From NCBI RefSeq assembly GCF_009914755.1, contig NC_060926.1: a stretch of DNA of 64,000 nt, one strand, 5' to 3'. The notes beneath the pieces are model-generated. The model had not been told where the DNA came from and ran no database searches. It saw only the letters and a program-made list of their open reading frames with translations. A program made the translations under genes and the position numbers. Below are positions 42,801 through 55,745 of the stretch, in pieces (the stretch's first letter is position 1; every line of letters begins with the position of its first letter). Source of the DNA: the human T2T-CHM13v2.0 reference genome, Homo sapiens.

Positions 42801-45525
42801 CAGTAATAAGAGACACAGAAAGTCATATAATGATAAAGGGATCAATCAATTCAGCAAGAAGATATAACAATTCTAAATGTATAAGCATCCAACACCTGAG
42901 TACCCAGATTATATATCTGGGTATATAGTAATTATAACAAGTATATAGTAATAATATATATATATATAAAACAAATATATATATAACAAGTATATAGTAA
43001 TAATAACAAGTAATTATTATTAGATCTAGAGGAAAAGATAGACTCCAGTATAATAATGTTAAATAGTTAAGGACTTCAACACCCCACTCTTAGCATTATA
43101 CAGATCATGTAGACAGCAAATCAACAAAGAAACATTGAATTTAAACTGCACTTTAGACCAAATTCTTCTAACAGACATCTACAGAACATTTATCCAACAG
43201 CTGCAGGATACACATTCTTCTCGTCAGCACATGGAACATTGTCCAGGATAGATCATATGTTAGACCACAAAATGTCTCCACAAATTTTTTTAAAAATGAA
43301 ATCATACCAAGTATCTTCTCAGACCACAGTGGAATAAAACTGAAAATTAATAACAAAAGGAACTTTGGAAACTGTTCAAATACATGGAAATTATACAATG
43401 TGCTCTTGAAAGACCACTGGATCAATGAAGAAATGTAGGAGAAAATTAAAAAAAAAATCCTTGAAACAAATGAAGATAGAAACACAGCATGCCAAAAACC
43501 CATGGGATACAGCAAAAGGAGTTCTACAAGGGAAGTTTATAGCAATAAGTGCTTACATCGAAAAAGAGAAAGATTTCAAATAAACAATCTGATGATGCAA
43601 CTTAAGGAATTACAAAAGCAAGAACAAACCAAACCAAAAAGTAGTAGAAGGAAACAAATTATAAAGATCAGAGCAGAACTATATAAAATAGAGACTATAA
43701 AAACACAAAGGACAAACAAAATGAAAATTTGGTTATCTGAAAAGATAGAATTGATAAATCACTAACTAGACTAAGCAAGAAAAAAAGAGAGAAGATCCAA
43801 ATAAACCTAATCAGAAATAAAAAAATGAGACATAACAACTGATACCACAGAAATTCAAAAGATCATCAGAAACTGTTATGAACAACTATATATTAACAAA
43901 CTGGAAAACCTATGGGAAATGGGTAAGTTCCTGGACACATAATCTCTGCCAATATTGAACCATAAATAAATATAAAACCTGAACAGACTAATAACAAGTA
44001 AAACAATTGAATCAGCCTCTTAAGAAGGATCACTTGAGTAGCGATTCCTCAAGGATCTAGAACTAGAAATACTATTTGACCCAGCCATCCCATTACTGGG
44101 TATATACACAAAGGATTATAAATCATGCTGCTATAAAGACACATGCACACGCATGTTTATTGCAGCACTATTCACAATAGCAAAGACTTGGAACCAACCC
44201 AAATGTCCAACAATGATAGACTGGATTAAGAAAATGTGGCACATATACACCATGGAGTACTATGCAGCCATAAAAAGGATGAGTTCATGTTCTTTGTAGG
44301 GACATGGATGAAGCTGGAAACCATCATTCTCAGTAAACTATCGCAGGGACAAAAAACCAAACACCGCGTGTTCTCACTCATAGGTGGGAATTGAACAATG
44401 AGAACATTTGGACATAGGAAGGGGAACATCACACACCGGGGCCTGTTGTGGGGTGGGGGGAGGGGAGAGGGATAGCATTAGGAGATATACCTAATGTAAA
44501 TGACGAGTTAATGGGTGCAGCACACCAACATGGCACATGTAGACATATGTAACAAACTTGCACGTTGTGCACATGTACCCTAGAACTTAAAGTATAATGA
44601 AAAGAAAAAAAAAGAAGGATCACTTGAGCCCAGGAGTTTGAGGCTGTAGTGAGCTATCCTTTTATTTCAGTTAGAATAGCTATTATTTAAAAGACAAAAA
44701 AAATAGCCAATGCTGGCAAGGATGTGGAGAAAAGAGAACTGTTATCCATTGTTGGTGAGAATGTAAATTAGTATAGCCATTATGGAAAACAGCATGAAAA
44801 TTTATCAAAAAACTAATAATAGTACTACCATAAAATCCAGCAATCCCACTACTGGGTATTTATTGAAAGGAAAGAAAATCAGTACATCCAAGGGAAACCT
44901 GGACCCCCGTGTTTATTATGGCACTATTCACAATAGCAAAGATATGAAATCAACCTAAGTGTACACCGAGATTTGAATGAATAAAGAAAATGTGGTGCAT
45001 ATAACCAAAGGAATACTACTTGGCCATTGAAACAGAATGAAATTCTCCATCTGCAGCAACATATGTGGAACTGGAGGTCATTATGTTAGGTAAAATAAGC
45101 CAAGAATAGAAGGACAAACATTATATGTTCTCACTCATATGTGGGAGCTAAAAGAATTGATCTCATGGAGGTAGATAATAGAATGACAGTTACCAGAGAA
45201 TGGGAAGGGTTTGTGTGTGTGAGGGGTGAAATGAAATGAGGTTGTTTAATGGGTACAAACATACAGTTAGATAGAAGAAATAAGTTCCGTCATTAGATAG
45301 CAGAGTAAGGTGACTACAATTAACAACAATATATTGTGTATTTCAAAATAGCTAGAAGAGAGGGCTTAAAAAGTCTCTAACACTTATAAATGATAAGTCC
45401 ATTCAGGTGGATCCCCTGAACACCCTGACTTGAGCATTAGACATTCTATGCACGTATCAAAATACCACATGTACCCTCGCAAAAATGTACAAATATTGTA
45501 TATCAATAAAAATTAAAATAAATCT
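39840..45525 (+). mobile_element. nested L1 (L1MA/L1PB-type) with 5' UTR, ORF1, partial ORF2 and 3' UTR
   Basis: GC-richer 5' UTR (~39840-41300), ORF1-like peptides (41500, 41872), ORF2 endonuclease region to ~44015, then the ORF2 end and 3' UTR at 44665-45520. Confidence 0.85.
44039..44611 (+). mobile_element. 5'-truncated L1PA 3' end
   Basis: L1PA ORF2 end plus 3' UTR with G-tract and A tail. Perfect 17-bp TSD AAGAAGGATCACTTGAG at 44022 and 44612. Confidence 0.95.
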
Positions 45526-48500
45526 AAGCATGCTTCTTTAATAAATAATAATATAAAGTATTTCATGGAGAAATCAAAGTGTAGAGCTTTTGTGTGCAAT
45601 TGAAATTAAGTTGCTATGAGCTTAAAATAGATTGTTAAAAGATGTCTTATGAAAGCCTTGTGGTGACTACAAAGAAAATACCTACAGAAGATATACCAAA
45701 AAATTTAGAAATTTAAAACATGTCACTACAAAAAAATCAATAAAACAAAGAAAGACAACAAGAAAAGAGGGATGAAATCACTACAAAAAATACAAAAATC
45801 AATTAAATATTGGCTATAGTAACTCCTTTATCAATAATTACTTTAAATGTAAATGGATTAAACATCTCAATCAAAAGCTATCGAGTGGGGAATATACTTA
45901 GAAAAAACAAGATCCAACTGTACACTGTATACAAAATGCTGCCTTTAGAATTAAGGACACATGTAGGCTGAAAGTTAAAGGATGGAAACATATTCCATGA
46001 AAATGGTAACCAAAAGAGAGCATGGGTGGCAATTCTTATATCAATGAAAATAGATATGAAGTCAAAACTGTCACAAGAGACAAAGAAGGACATTATATCA
46101 TGATAAAAAAGTCAATTCACTAGGAAGATAAATATAAATATAAATATGAATATAAATATATATGCACCCAACATCAGAGCACCAAAATATGTAAAGCAAA
46201 TATTGACAGAATAGAAAGGGGGAAATAGCCAGCAACATAATAATAGTAAGATATTTCAATACTCTACTTTCAATAATGGATAGAAAATCCAGATAAAATA
46301 TCAATAAGGAAGCAGAGGACTTGTACAACACTATAGAATGAATGGACCTAATGGACATATACAGAACATCCCACCCAAGAGCAGAAGAATACATGTTTTT
46401 CTCAAACACACAGAATATTCTTTAAGACAGAACTCATGTTAGGTCACAAAACAAGTCTTAATAGATTTAAAACGATTGAAATCACAGCAAGTATCTTGTT
46501 CAACCACAGTGGAATAAAACTAGAAATCAATAGCAGATGGAAAACCAGTATTTGCAAATAAGTAGAAATTAAATGACATCTTCCTAAACACCTAATGGGA
46601 CAAAGAGGAAGCAAAAGGGAAATTAGAAAATACTGATACAAGTGAGAACAAATAATATGCCAAAACTTACTTGATACAAAAAACACAGTACTAAGAGGGA
46701 AGTGATAAATGCTTGCACTAAAAAAAAGAAAGATCCCAAATAAACAGCCTAAACGTACACCTCAAGGAGCTAGAATAAAGAACAATAAACTAAGCCTACA
46801 GTTAGCAGAATGAATAAAACTATATAGATTCTAACAGAAATAAAATGGATAGAAAAACAATAGCCAAAGTAACAGTTTATTTTTGAAAAAGATCAATAAA
46901 ATTGACAAATTTTTAACTAGACTGAAAAGATTCAAATAAATAAAATAAGAAATAAAAGAGGAGGCATTACAACTAATGCCAAAGAAATAGGAAGAATTCT
47001 AAGAGACGGCTATGAACAATTACACGCCAATGCATTGGAAAACCCAGGTTTTTCTGGTAAATAACACATAATGAGAGATCTTCTCTCTTAAATTTTAAGT
47101 ATACACACAACCTGTAAATACCTATAATGAAGAAATAGAAAATCTGAACAGATGTATAAGTAAGGAGATTAAATAGTAATCAAAAACTTCCCAACAGAGA
47201 AAAGCCCAGGACCAGATGACGTCGCTGCTGAATTCTACCAAACATTTAAAGAATTGATGCCAATCTGTAAACTCTTCAAAAAAAATTGAAAAGAAGGAAC
47301 ATTTTCAAACTTATTATATACGACCAGAGTTACACAGAAATAGAAACTATAAGAAAATAAAATTATGGGCTAATGTCCCTGATGAATATAGGTGCAAACA
47401 TCCTTAACAAAACAGTAGCCAAATAAATTCAACAGCACATTAGCAGAATCATACACCATGACTAAGTGGATTCATTTCTGGGATTCAAGAATGGTTGAAC
47501 ATACAGAAATCCATCAATGTGATATAGCACATTAACAGAACAAAGTATAAGAATCACACAATTATCTCAATATACGCAGGAAAAGCATTTAAGAAAATTA
47601 ACACCTTTTCATGATAAAAACACTCAGCAAAGTAGGAAGAGAAGGAAATTACCTCAACATAATAAAGGCTGTATATATAAAGCCCATAGCTAACATCATA
47701 CTGTTAGTTGTACCTCATACATCAATGGTGAAAAACTGAAAACTTTTCCTCTAAGATCAAGAAGAAAGCAAGGATGTCCACATTCCCACTTCTATTCAGC
47801 ATTGTACTGGAAGTTCTAGTCAGAGTAATAGGCAAGAAAAAGAAATAACAGGCATCCAAATTGAAAAAGAAGCAGTAAAATTATCTCTGTTCACAGATGA
47901 TATGATGTTATATGTAGAAAATCTGAAAGATTTCACAAAATCCTGTTAGAACTAATAAATGAATTCAGCAAAGTTGCAGGATACAAAATCAACACACAAA
48001 AATCAGTTGCATTTCTATACACTAACAACAAACAATCCAAAAAAGAAATTAAGAAAACAATTTATTTATAATAGCATCAAGATGAATTAAATACCTAGAA
48101 ATAAATTTAACCAAAGATGCAAAAGACTTGTATATTGAAAACTACAAAACATTGTGGAAAGAAGTCAAAGAAGACACAGATAAATAAAAAGGCAACTTAT
48201 GTTTTATGAATTGCAAGAAATACTATTGTTAAAATGTTCATGCTACCCAAAGAAATCTAAAGATTCAATGCAATTTCTACCAAAATTCTAATGGCATTTT
48301 AATTGAAATAGAAAAGAAAGAAATTCTATAATTTATATGGAACCACAGAAGACCACAAATCAATCTTCAGAAAGAACAAAACTGGAGGTGTTACACTATT
48401 TGATTTCAAAATATAGCTATAGTAATGAAAACACTGTGGTTCTTGCCTAACGATAGACATATAGACAAATAGAACAGAATAGAGAGCCCAGAAATTAATC

Positions 48501-50481
48501 TATACAAAAAGTGATCAATTGCTCTTTGCCAAGGGAGCCCAGAGTAAACAGTGGGGAAACATTAGTGTCTTCAATGAATGGTATTGGAAAAACTGGATAT
48601 CCATGTGTAAAAGAGATTGGATCCTAATCTTGCTCCATACACAAAAATCAACTCAAAATGGATTAAAAAGTTAAACATAAGACTTAAAACTGTAAAACTC
48701 CTAGAAGAAAACATATGGGAAAATCTTCATGACATTGGTCTTGGCAGTGATTTCTTGGACATGACACCAAAAGCACAGGCAACTAAAACAAGAATAGACA
48801 AGTAGGATTAATTAAACTGAAAGACTTCTGCACAGTGGAGTAAACAACCAATAGTGTGAAAAGGAAACCTACAAAATGGCAGAAAATATTTGCAAATTGT
48901 GCATCTGATAAGGGATTAATGTCTGAAATATATAAGGAACTTCTATAACATAATGGCCAAAAGCCACAAATAACCCAATGAAAAAATTGGCAAAAGATTT
49001 GAATAGACATTTCCCCAAAGAAGACATATAAATGGCTAACCAGTATATGAAAAGATGCTCAACATCACTAGTCATCAGAGAAATGCAAATCAAAATCACA
49101 ATGATATGTCACCTCACACTTGTTAGAATGGTCATTATCCAAAAGCCAGAAAATAACAAGTGTTGGTGAACATGTGTAGCAGTTGGAAGTCTTGAACACT
49201 GTTTATGTGAATGTAAAATGGTGCAGCTGCTGTAGAAAACAGTAAGGTGATTCTTCAAAAACTTAAAAATAACTACCGTATGATTCACAATCCCACTTCT
49301 GGGAATTTATCCAAAAGAACTGAAGTCATGTTTTTGAAGAGATATTTGCACTCTTATGTTTATTGTAGCATTGTTCACAAAGGCCAAGAGGTGGAAATAG
49401 CCTAAATGTTCATTGATGGATGAATGGATAAGGAAAATGTGGTATGTACATAGAATGGAATATTATTTAGCTAGAAAAATAAGCCTATCATATGCTATGA
49501 CATGGATGAACATTGTGCTAGGACATTACACTAAGTTAAATAAGCCAGTCACAAAAGGACAAATACTGCATGATTCCATTTATATGAGGTTTTTAAAGTA
49601 ACCAAACTCATAGAAACAGAAAATATAACAGTGATTGCTAGAGAATAGGGGTTTGGGGAAGGAGGAAAGGGAGTTGTTCAATGGGTGTAGTGTTTCAGTC
49701 ATGCAAGATGTAAAGGTTCAAGGGATCTGCTTTGTGACATTGTACTCATAGTTGTCAATACTGCATTGTATACCTAACGTTTGTTAAGAGAGCAGATCTC
49801 CTGCTATGTGTTATTTACCATAATAATAATAATAAATGGTTGCTTCATTGCCTTGCATCCATTTGTGACTATTATGAAGATAACCCCCCTTTCAACCTGT
49901 GGTGGATATGTAGTATAAGCAAAAAATGAAACCTTATTGTTACCAGCTACTGCAACTTTGGAAATGTTTGTTACCACACTATAACTAAGACATTCCCAAC
50001 TGATAAACATTTCTTGAATAAATGTTTATTTTTTCCTGAAAATAACAACACCTCATTGAAAAAATTTGCTTTATCTTCTCTGTACTTATCAGAAATGAAA
50101 CTCTAAAACTCTCCATCAGAAATATAAATCTCTTCTGAATATTGTTTATCAAGGACTCTATTAATTTCATCTTTTCTTTGGGACTTTCCAACCAAGGATT
50201 GCTCTCTAGCCTCCTGCACAACTGTCTTCCTGGAGATACCCTTCATCTCTATACTATGCAGCATAAATTCCCTGGTTTCTACAACTCAAGTTTGCAAAGT
50301 CTTGCTTACTACTCCACCATCTATCCTCTCAGTTAGCAGATTACATTTCCTACTGTTCCTCACAGTAGTTTAGCTCTGTAACGTATTTCTGGCCAATGAG
50401 ATGCAAATATTAATGTTGTGTGTGACCTTTGGGAAGTGTCCTTAAAGGGGTGGGGCTCACTCTTCTTTGTCCTTTCCTATA

Positions 50482-50707
50482 CCAGGGTTTTTCAACTTTG
50501 GCACTATTCATATTTTGAACCAGATAATTCTTTCTTGTGGGCATCTGTCCTGTGCATTATATTAATCATGTTCAGTAGTATCTCTAGCTACTACCTACTA
50601 GATGTCAGTAGAACCCTCTCCTGCAGTTGTGGCAATTGGTAGTGACTTCAAACATTGCCAAGTGCCCCCAAATGGGCAAAAATCATCCCTTTTGAGAACC
50701 ATTGCTC
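50482..50707 (+). mobile_element. MER20 hAT-Charlie DNA transposon
   Basis: cagggtttttcaactttggcactatt...gataattctt...cattgccaagtgcccc...gagaaccattg. Confidence 0.8.
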
Positions 50708-50712
50708 TGTAC

Positions 50713-50890
50713 CAGTGAATCTCAGACTTGACTGTAAGTCACAATAATGCGGAAACTGGTACACGTATAGATGGCTGGATCTTCTTCCTAGAGTTCCTGA
50801 TTTAGCAGGTCTGGGATAGGGCTTGGGAATTTGCAAGTTCCTAGGAGGTGCTGAAGCTGCTGGTCTGGGACTGCACTGTGAGAACTGCTG
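50713..50890. mobile_element. MER5A hAT-Charlie DNA transposon
   Basis: tgatttagcaggtctgggatagggc...gaatttgca...gctgctggtc...gagaactgctg. Confidence 0.75.
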
Positions 50891-51944
50891 ATCTGTACTA
50901 CTTTGCTTAGCAGATAAACCTGTGGTTCCTACCAAATAAATATAACAATAGCATTGAACATGGAAGGGTTGTGAACCATAGGCCGTCAAGGTAAATCTTG
51001 ATAGTGGAGTTCAGGAATTTAGAAATCATGCTATTACATGAAATTGGAAGGCAGCACCAAAAACTATGGTTTATGCATTAGATAAAGATTTTGTTTACAT
51101 TTGCTCTAAATGCAGTGATTTTTCTCAAATAACAGAGATGATCAAGATGAAAAGAAACAATCTCAAAAGAAATAATAAAGATGATAGCAATGAATCTTAT
51201 TAGTCTATAATGTGCATGCCCACCCATCTTAATTCTATAGGTTTCCAATTGCTGTTGTCAAGCTTTCTGTGGTAAATTTTATATAACTTTCCAGAGGCTA
51301 TGTTAAAAAAAGCTATTATACACAACTCTTTTCACTTAGTGCCACATAATTTTTAATACCTTATCTAAATAATTTGTGTTGGAGCAGCACAAAACTGGGG
51401 GGCATTAATGCTGTACACATTTATGCAGATGGGAGAAAGACTAATAAAAGAAATCATTATGGCCTGAAATTTAATAGATGTCTTGTGTTTAATCTCCTAG
51501 GTTTACTAGACATGACAGAAGTCTGCAGAGGCATTTTTAGATCATCATTTTTTAGCACTAATCTGTGCCTGCCCTGCATGTCTGGTGCCAACGTTTAATT
51601 GTAGCCTAGAGAATCTGAGAAATGAAAGAATCTCTCCCCACACCAATGTGCTGGCAACATTATTTTACTGTTGTCTCCTTAATCTCCTCTACTCTTTTGC
51701 AATTAGTTTTATTACTACTGCTCATTTAATGAGACCATGGAGTTTGGTGCCAGATGGTGCCATTAGTTAAATCTGGAAGACTCTAATGGAATTGAGCTCA
51801 AAGCAGGTTAAAAGTAATAGAATTACAAATTTTAATGGTCATCACCTCATAGCGCACCGCTCTGTGTACCTGTTACATACCAGAAATTAGTGCCGGTTTC
51901 AAACAGAAAGGCTTGGAGTAAAGTTCAGAGAGACCAAGTGTGCT

Positions 51945-52430
51945 CATTCACTCACTCATTCATTCAGCTAATATTTAATCATATTCCTATCTGGGTGCTT
52001 CGGGATACCATAAATAAGACAGTCATGGTTTCTGCCTCATGGAGCTTAGAGTCTACTAGAGGAGAAAGACAACATCAAGCAAACCAGCAAGATCATTATG
52101 CATTTGTGGTAAGTGCTAGGAATGGGGGAAGCAGGGAACTGGCATGGAGGGTTAGAGGATAGAGTGGTTTAGGTCAGGGCTTGATCAAGGGAAGCTCTCT
52201 GAGGAGGTGCTCTTTTAGCTGAGACTTGAGTGGTAGAGAGAAGCTGATTGGGGGCATGCAAGAAGAATGTCATTATTGTCTGATGCAGTGAATAGCATAT
52301 GGAAAGGCCTTGGGATGGAAGTCATTTGGTGTCCCCAAGGAACTCAAGGACACCTAGTGGGGAAGGGAGGATGGCTCAAGATGAGGCTGGAGAGTGGCCA
52401 GAAACTGCTGGACCCAGTGTTGTGCATGAG
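51945..52430 (-). mobile_element. L2 LINE 3' fragment
   Basis: (CATT)n tail followed by an antisense L2 body (tgcctcatggagcttagagtcta). Confidence 0.65.
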
Positions 52431-53234
52431 TGAGATGAATGAGCATTTAGAACCTGAGATTATCCAGGGATTTTAAATATGCCTGTGCCAAAGTGCTGAT
52501 GAGTAAGACTTGCAGCAAGAACATCTTTTGGTCAAGGCAGTAAATACTCATGAGAGCATCATGACCTGGTCAGTATGTAAAGTCATCAGAAGCATACTTT
52601 TGTCCCTTGGTGAAGAGGGCAGGCAAAACTGAGGCAGTACTTTGATTCATAAAGTTGCTTTATATAACAGTAGCAGTAATTGAAACTTGGCATCCCTGCC
52701 TTCCTACAGGGTACATCTATTGTGTTTAGGTCTCCTCATCTTCCTGGTTGGTAACAGTGCCTGGCCTGCCTTTAAAGAATATCCCTGCTCCCCACCACAT
52801 CCCTTGGCAAATGACTGCTGTCTCATTCCCAGTGTTGCCTTTTCTGGTCTTTTGTCCTGGGCTGAGGCTCCTTCTCTCCTGTTGAATGAGTTTGCATCCA
52901 TCAAGGCCAAGGTCAAAGAGACACATGATCTCCTGGGCACTGAGCTTGAGAGAAGAACACAAACTGCTAATGTTTCCATCATCTCCAAGAAGTCTTTCTT
53001 CAGCTTCTCTCTGAATTCCTCCAGGGATTTGTATTACCTGTGTTGGCACCCACATTTGCATTGTTTATGAAGGATAGGCTGGATTATTAGTTCATTTCAG
53101 ATATTCTCTGGACCTGTTGCCTTACACGTAGCAGATACTAAAAGTATCTATTGAATTGAATTCTTACTAGTGGTTACCAATTGTTGAGCAATTAATTGCC
53201 AAGTACTCTTCTGAGAGCTTGTTATTTAATCTGT

Positions 53235-54875
53235 ATATGATGACTAATTTAATGTGTCAACTTGGCTAGGCCACGGTACTCAGACATTTTGTCAAACACT
53301 ATTTTAGACGTTTCTGGGAAGGTATGTTTAAAAATGAGATTAACATTTAAATTAATAGACTTCGTGCAAAGTAGGTTACCCTCCATTATGTGGGTGGGCC
53401 TCATCCAATCAGTCAAAGGCCTGAATAGAAAAAGACTGATGTCCCCCGAGCAGGAAGATATTCTGCCAGTCAATTGCCTTTGGCTGAAACGCAACTCTTC
53501 ACTGGGGCTCAAGCCTCCCAGCCTACACCACACACTTTGGACTTGCCAGCTTCCACAATTGTGTGAGCAAACACCTTAAAATCTCTTTCTTGTAAACTTG
53601 TTTAAGCTCTTTGTAGATTCTAGGTATTGGCCCTTTGTCAGATGGATAGATCGCAAAAATTTTCTCCCATTCTGTAGGTTGCTTGTTCACTCTGATGATA
53701 GTTTCTTTTGCTCTGCAGAAGTTCTTTAGTTTAATTAGAGCCCATTTGTCTATTTTGGCTTTTGTTGCCATTGCTTTTGGTATTTTAGTCATGAAGTCTT
53801 TGCCCATGCCTATGTCCTGAATGGTATTGCTTAGGTTTTCTTCTAGGGTTTTTATGGTTTTAGGTTTTACGTTTAAGTCTGTAATCCATCTTGAGTTAAT
53901 TTTTGTATAAGGTGTAAGGAAGGGATCTAGTTTCATCTTTCTGCATATGGCTAGCCACAAGGAAAAAACAACCAACCCCATTAAAAAGTGAGCAAAGGAT
54001 ATGAACCGACACTTCTCAAAAGAAAACATTTATGCAGCCAACACTCACATGAAAAAATGCTCATCATCATTGGTGATTAGAGAAATGCAAATCAAAACCA
54101 CAATGAGATATCATCTCACGCCAGTTAGAATGGCGATCCTTAAAAAGTCAGGAAACAACAGATGCTGGAGAGGATGTGGAGAAATAGTAACACTTTTACA
54201 CTGTTGGTGGGAGTGTGAATTAGTTCAACCATTGTGGAAGACAGTGTGGCAATTCCTCAAGGATCTAGAACTAGAAATACCATTTGACCCAGCAATCCCA
54301 TTACTGGGTATGTACACAAAGGATTATAAATCATTCTACTATAAAGACACATGCACAGGTATGTTTATTGTGGCACTGTTCACAATAGCAAAGACTTGGA
54401 ACCAACCCAAATACCTGTCAATGATAGACTGGATAAAGAAAATGTGGCACATATACACCATGGAATACTAAGCAGCCATAAAAAGGGATGAGTTCATGTC
54501 CTTTGTAGGGACGTGGATGAAGCTGGAAACCATCAATCTCAGCAAACTAACACAAGAACAGAAAACCAAACACCACATGTTCTCACTCATAAGTGGGAGT
54601 TGAACAATGAGAACAAATGGACACAGGGAGAGGAACATCACACACCGGGGCCTGTTGGGGGGTGGGGGGCTGGGGGAGGGATAGTATTAGGAGAAATACC
54701 TAATGTAGATGATGGGTTGATGGGTGCAGCAAACAACCATGGCACATGTATACCTATGTAACAAACCTGAAGGTTCTGCACATGTGCCCCAGAACTTAAA
54801 GTATATATTTAAAAAATCTCTCTTTTTCTTTCCCTCTATATTTTGGTTCTCCTTTCTGGAGAACCCTGACTAAGA
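53235..54875 (+). mobile_element. MLT2 (ERVL) LTR interrupted by an L1
   Basis: Starts tgatgactaatttaatgtgtcaacttggctaggcc and resumes after the L1, ending ctggagaaccctgactaa. Confidence 0.8.
53589..54815 (+). mobile_element. L1PA insertion with 5' inversion (twin priming)
   Basis: Antisense ORF2 segment 53589-53957 joined to the sense ORF2 end/3' UTR 53958-54815. TSD-like AAAATCTCT at ~53578 and ~54813. ORFs 53523(-) and 54001(+) are L1 ORF2p. Confidence 0.93.
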
Positions 54876-54889
54876 ACACACCTGACCTC

Positions 54890-55025
54890 TAACCATTTAT
54901 GCCTATTTTATAGATGAGAAAATTGAGGTTCAGAGGTGTTGAGTGCCATGCCCAAGGGGATACTCCTGGTACATGGTAGAGCCAAGATCTCAGTCCAGGT
55001 CTTTCTGAGACAAAACACAGCTTCT
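54890..55025 (-). mobile_element. MIR SINE
   Basis: cctattttatagatgagaaaattgaggttcagaggtgtt...gcccaagg...ggtagagcc. Confidence 0.75.
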
Positions 55026-55299
55026 TATGCGTGAAATCCACAAATAAGAACACAATGACCTACATACAACACAAACTGTACTTCCAATTAAGTAGTTCTC
55101 CTTTTTAATCATTCAAAAACTACCTTGGGATCTTACAGTGCATGGGAATCATCAATATGTAAATACCTTATTATCCAGGTGATGTGCAAAAGTGTCCAGT
55201 AGCACAGAAGATTGGTTAATAGGATGGTGTGTCCCAGCTTTTTACTGCACTTGTACTTGCTTCGAATATTTAGGACCCCTATATAAAATTATCTTCTCC

Positions 55300-55745
55300 A
55301 AAGTCATAATTTCCAAGAAGATCTTATACCCACACTATTTTCATAAGTAGTCAACTGCAAGATCTTTAGAACCATGAGGGGATCTCAATACACAACAATT
55401 TAAGATTAACCATTTTGTTGAATGTAAGATTATATCCCCTCCAAAGAATGAAATTAAAATAGAGAAAAATAAACAGCACACGTGGAATCCTGAGCCTCTT
55501 GATGCCTTTTGCCTTGGGCTAAAGTTCTCTTGTGAGTTGTAAACTTCAAAAGTGTCCTCAAACTGGAACCTTTCCATAGGAAAAGTCAGCAGAAAATATT
55601 GACCCCAGGATCAATTGTTTCTGTTTAAGTTACAGATTGCTGCAGTCAAAATAAGCAGCCAGTGTTTGATAAAGACAGCTCCTCTTAGGAAGAACTGTCA
55701 TCCCCAAACACATAGAGAGACACTCTCTGTCTCTCGATTACAATC
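55300..55745 (+). promoter_or_regulatory. SPP2 proximal promoter and 5' UTR with hepatocyte TF-like motifs
   Basis: Unique sequence upstream of the ATG. GAS/STAT-type TTCCAAGAA (55311-55319), HNF1-like half site GATTAAC (~55404), DR1/HNF4-like GGGCTAAAGTTCT (55516-55528), FOXA-like AATATTGAC (~55595) and ONECUT-like GATCAAT (55609-55615). Motif matches only. Confidence 0.6.

Larger units (their letters stand above)
37850..49835 (+). mobile_element. near full-length old L1 (L1MA-type), split by a nested L1 at ~39840-45550
   Basis: 5' UTR/ORF1 remnant at ~37850-39835, resuming ~45560 with inter-ORF, ORF2 remnants (LFTDDM at ~47885; [21 protein letters not shown] at 48617) and a 3' UTR ending ~49835. 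Heavily disrupted. Confidence 0.85.

Noticed and set aside
53523-54761. 168-aa and 156-aa ORFs as functional genes
   Set aside because: They are fragments of L1 ORF2p from a truncated, inverted insertion and cannot encode an active retrotransposon.
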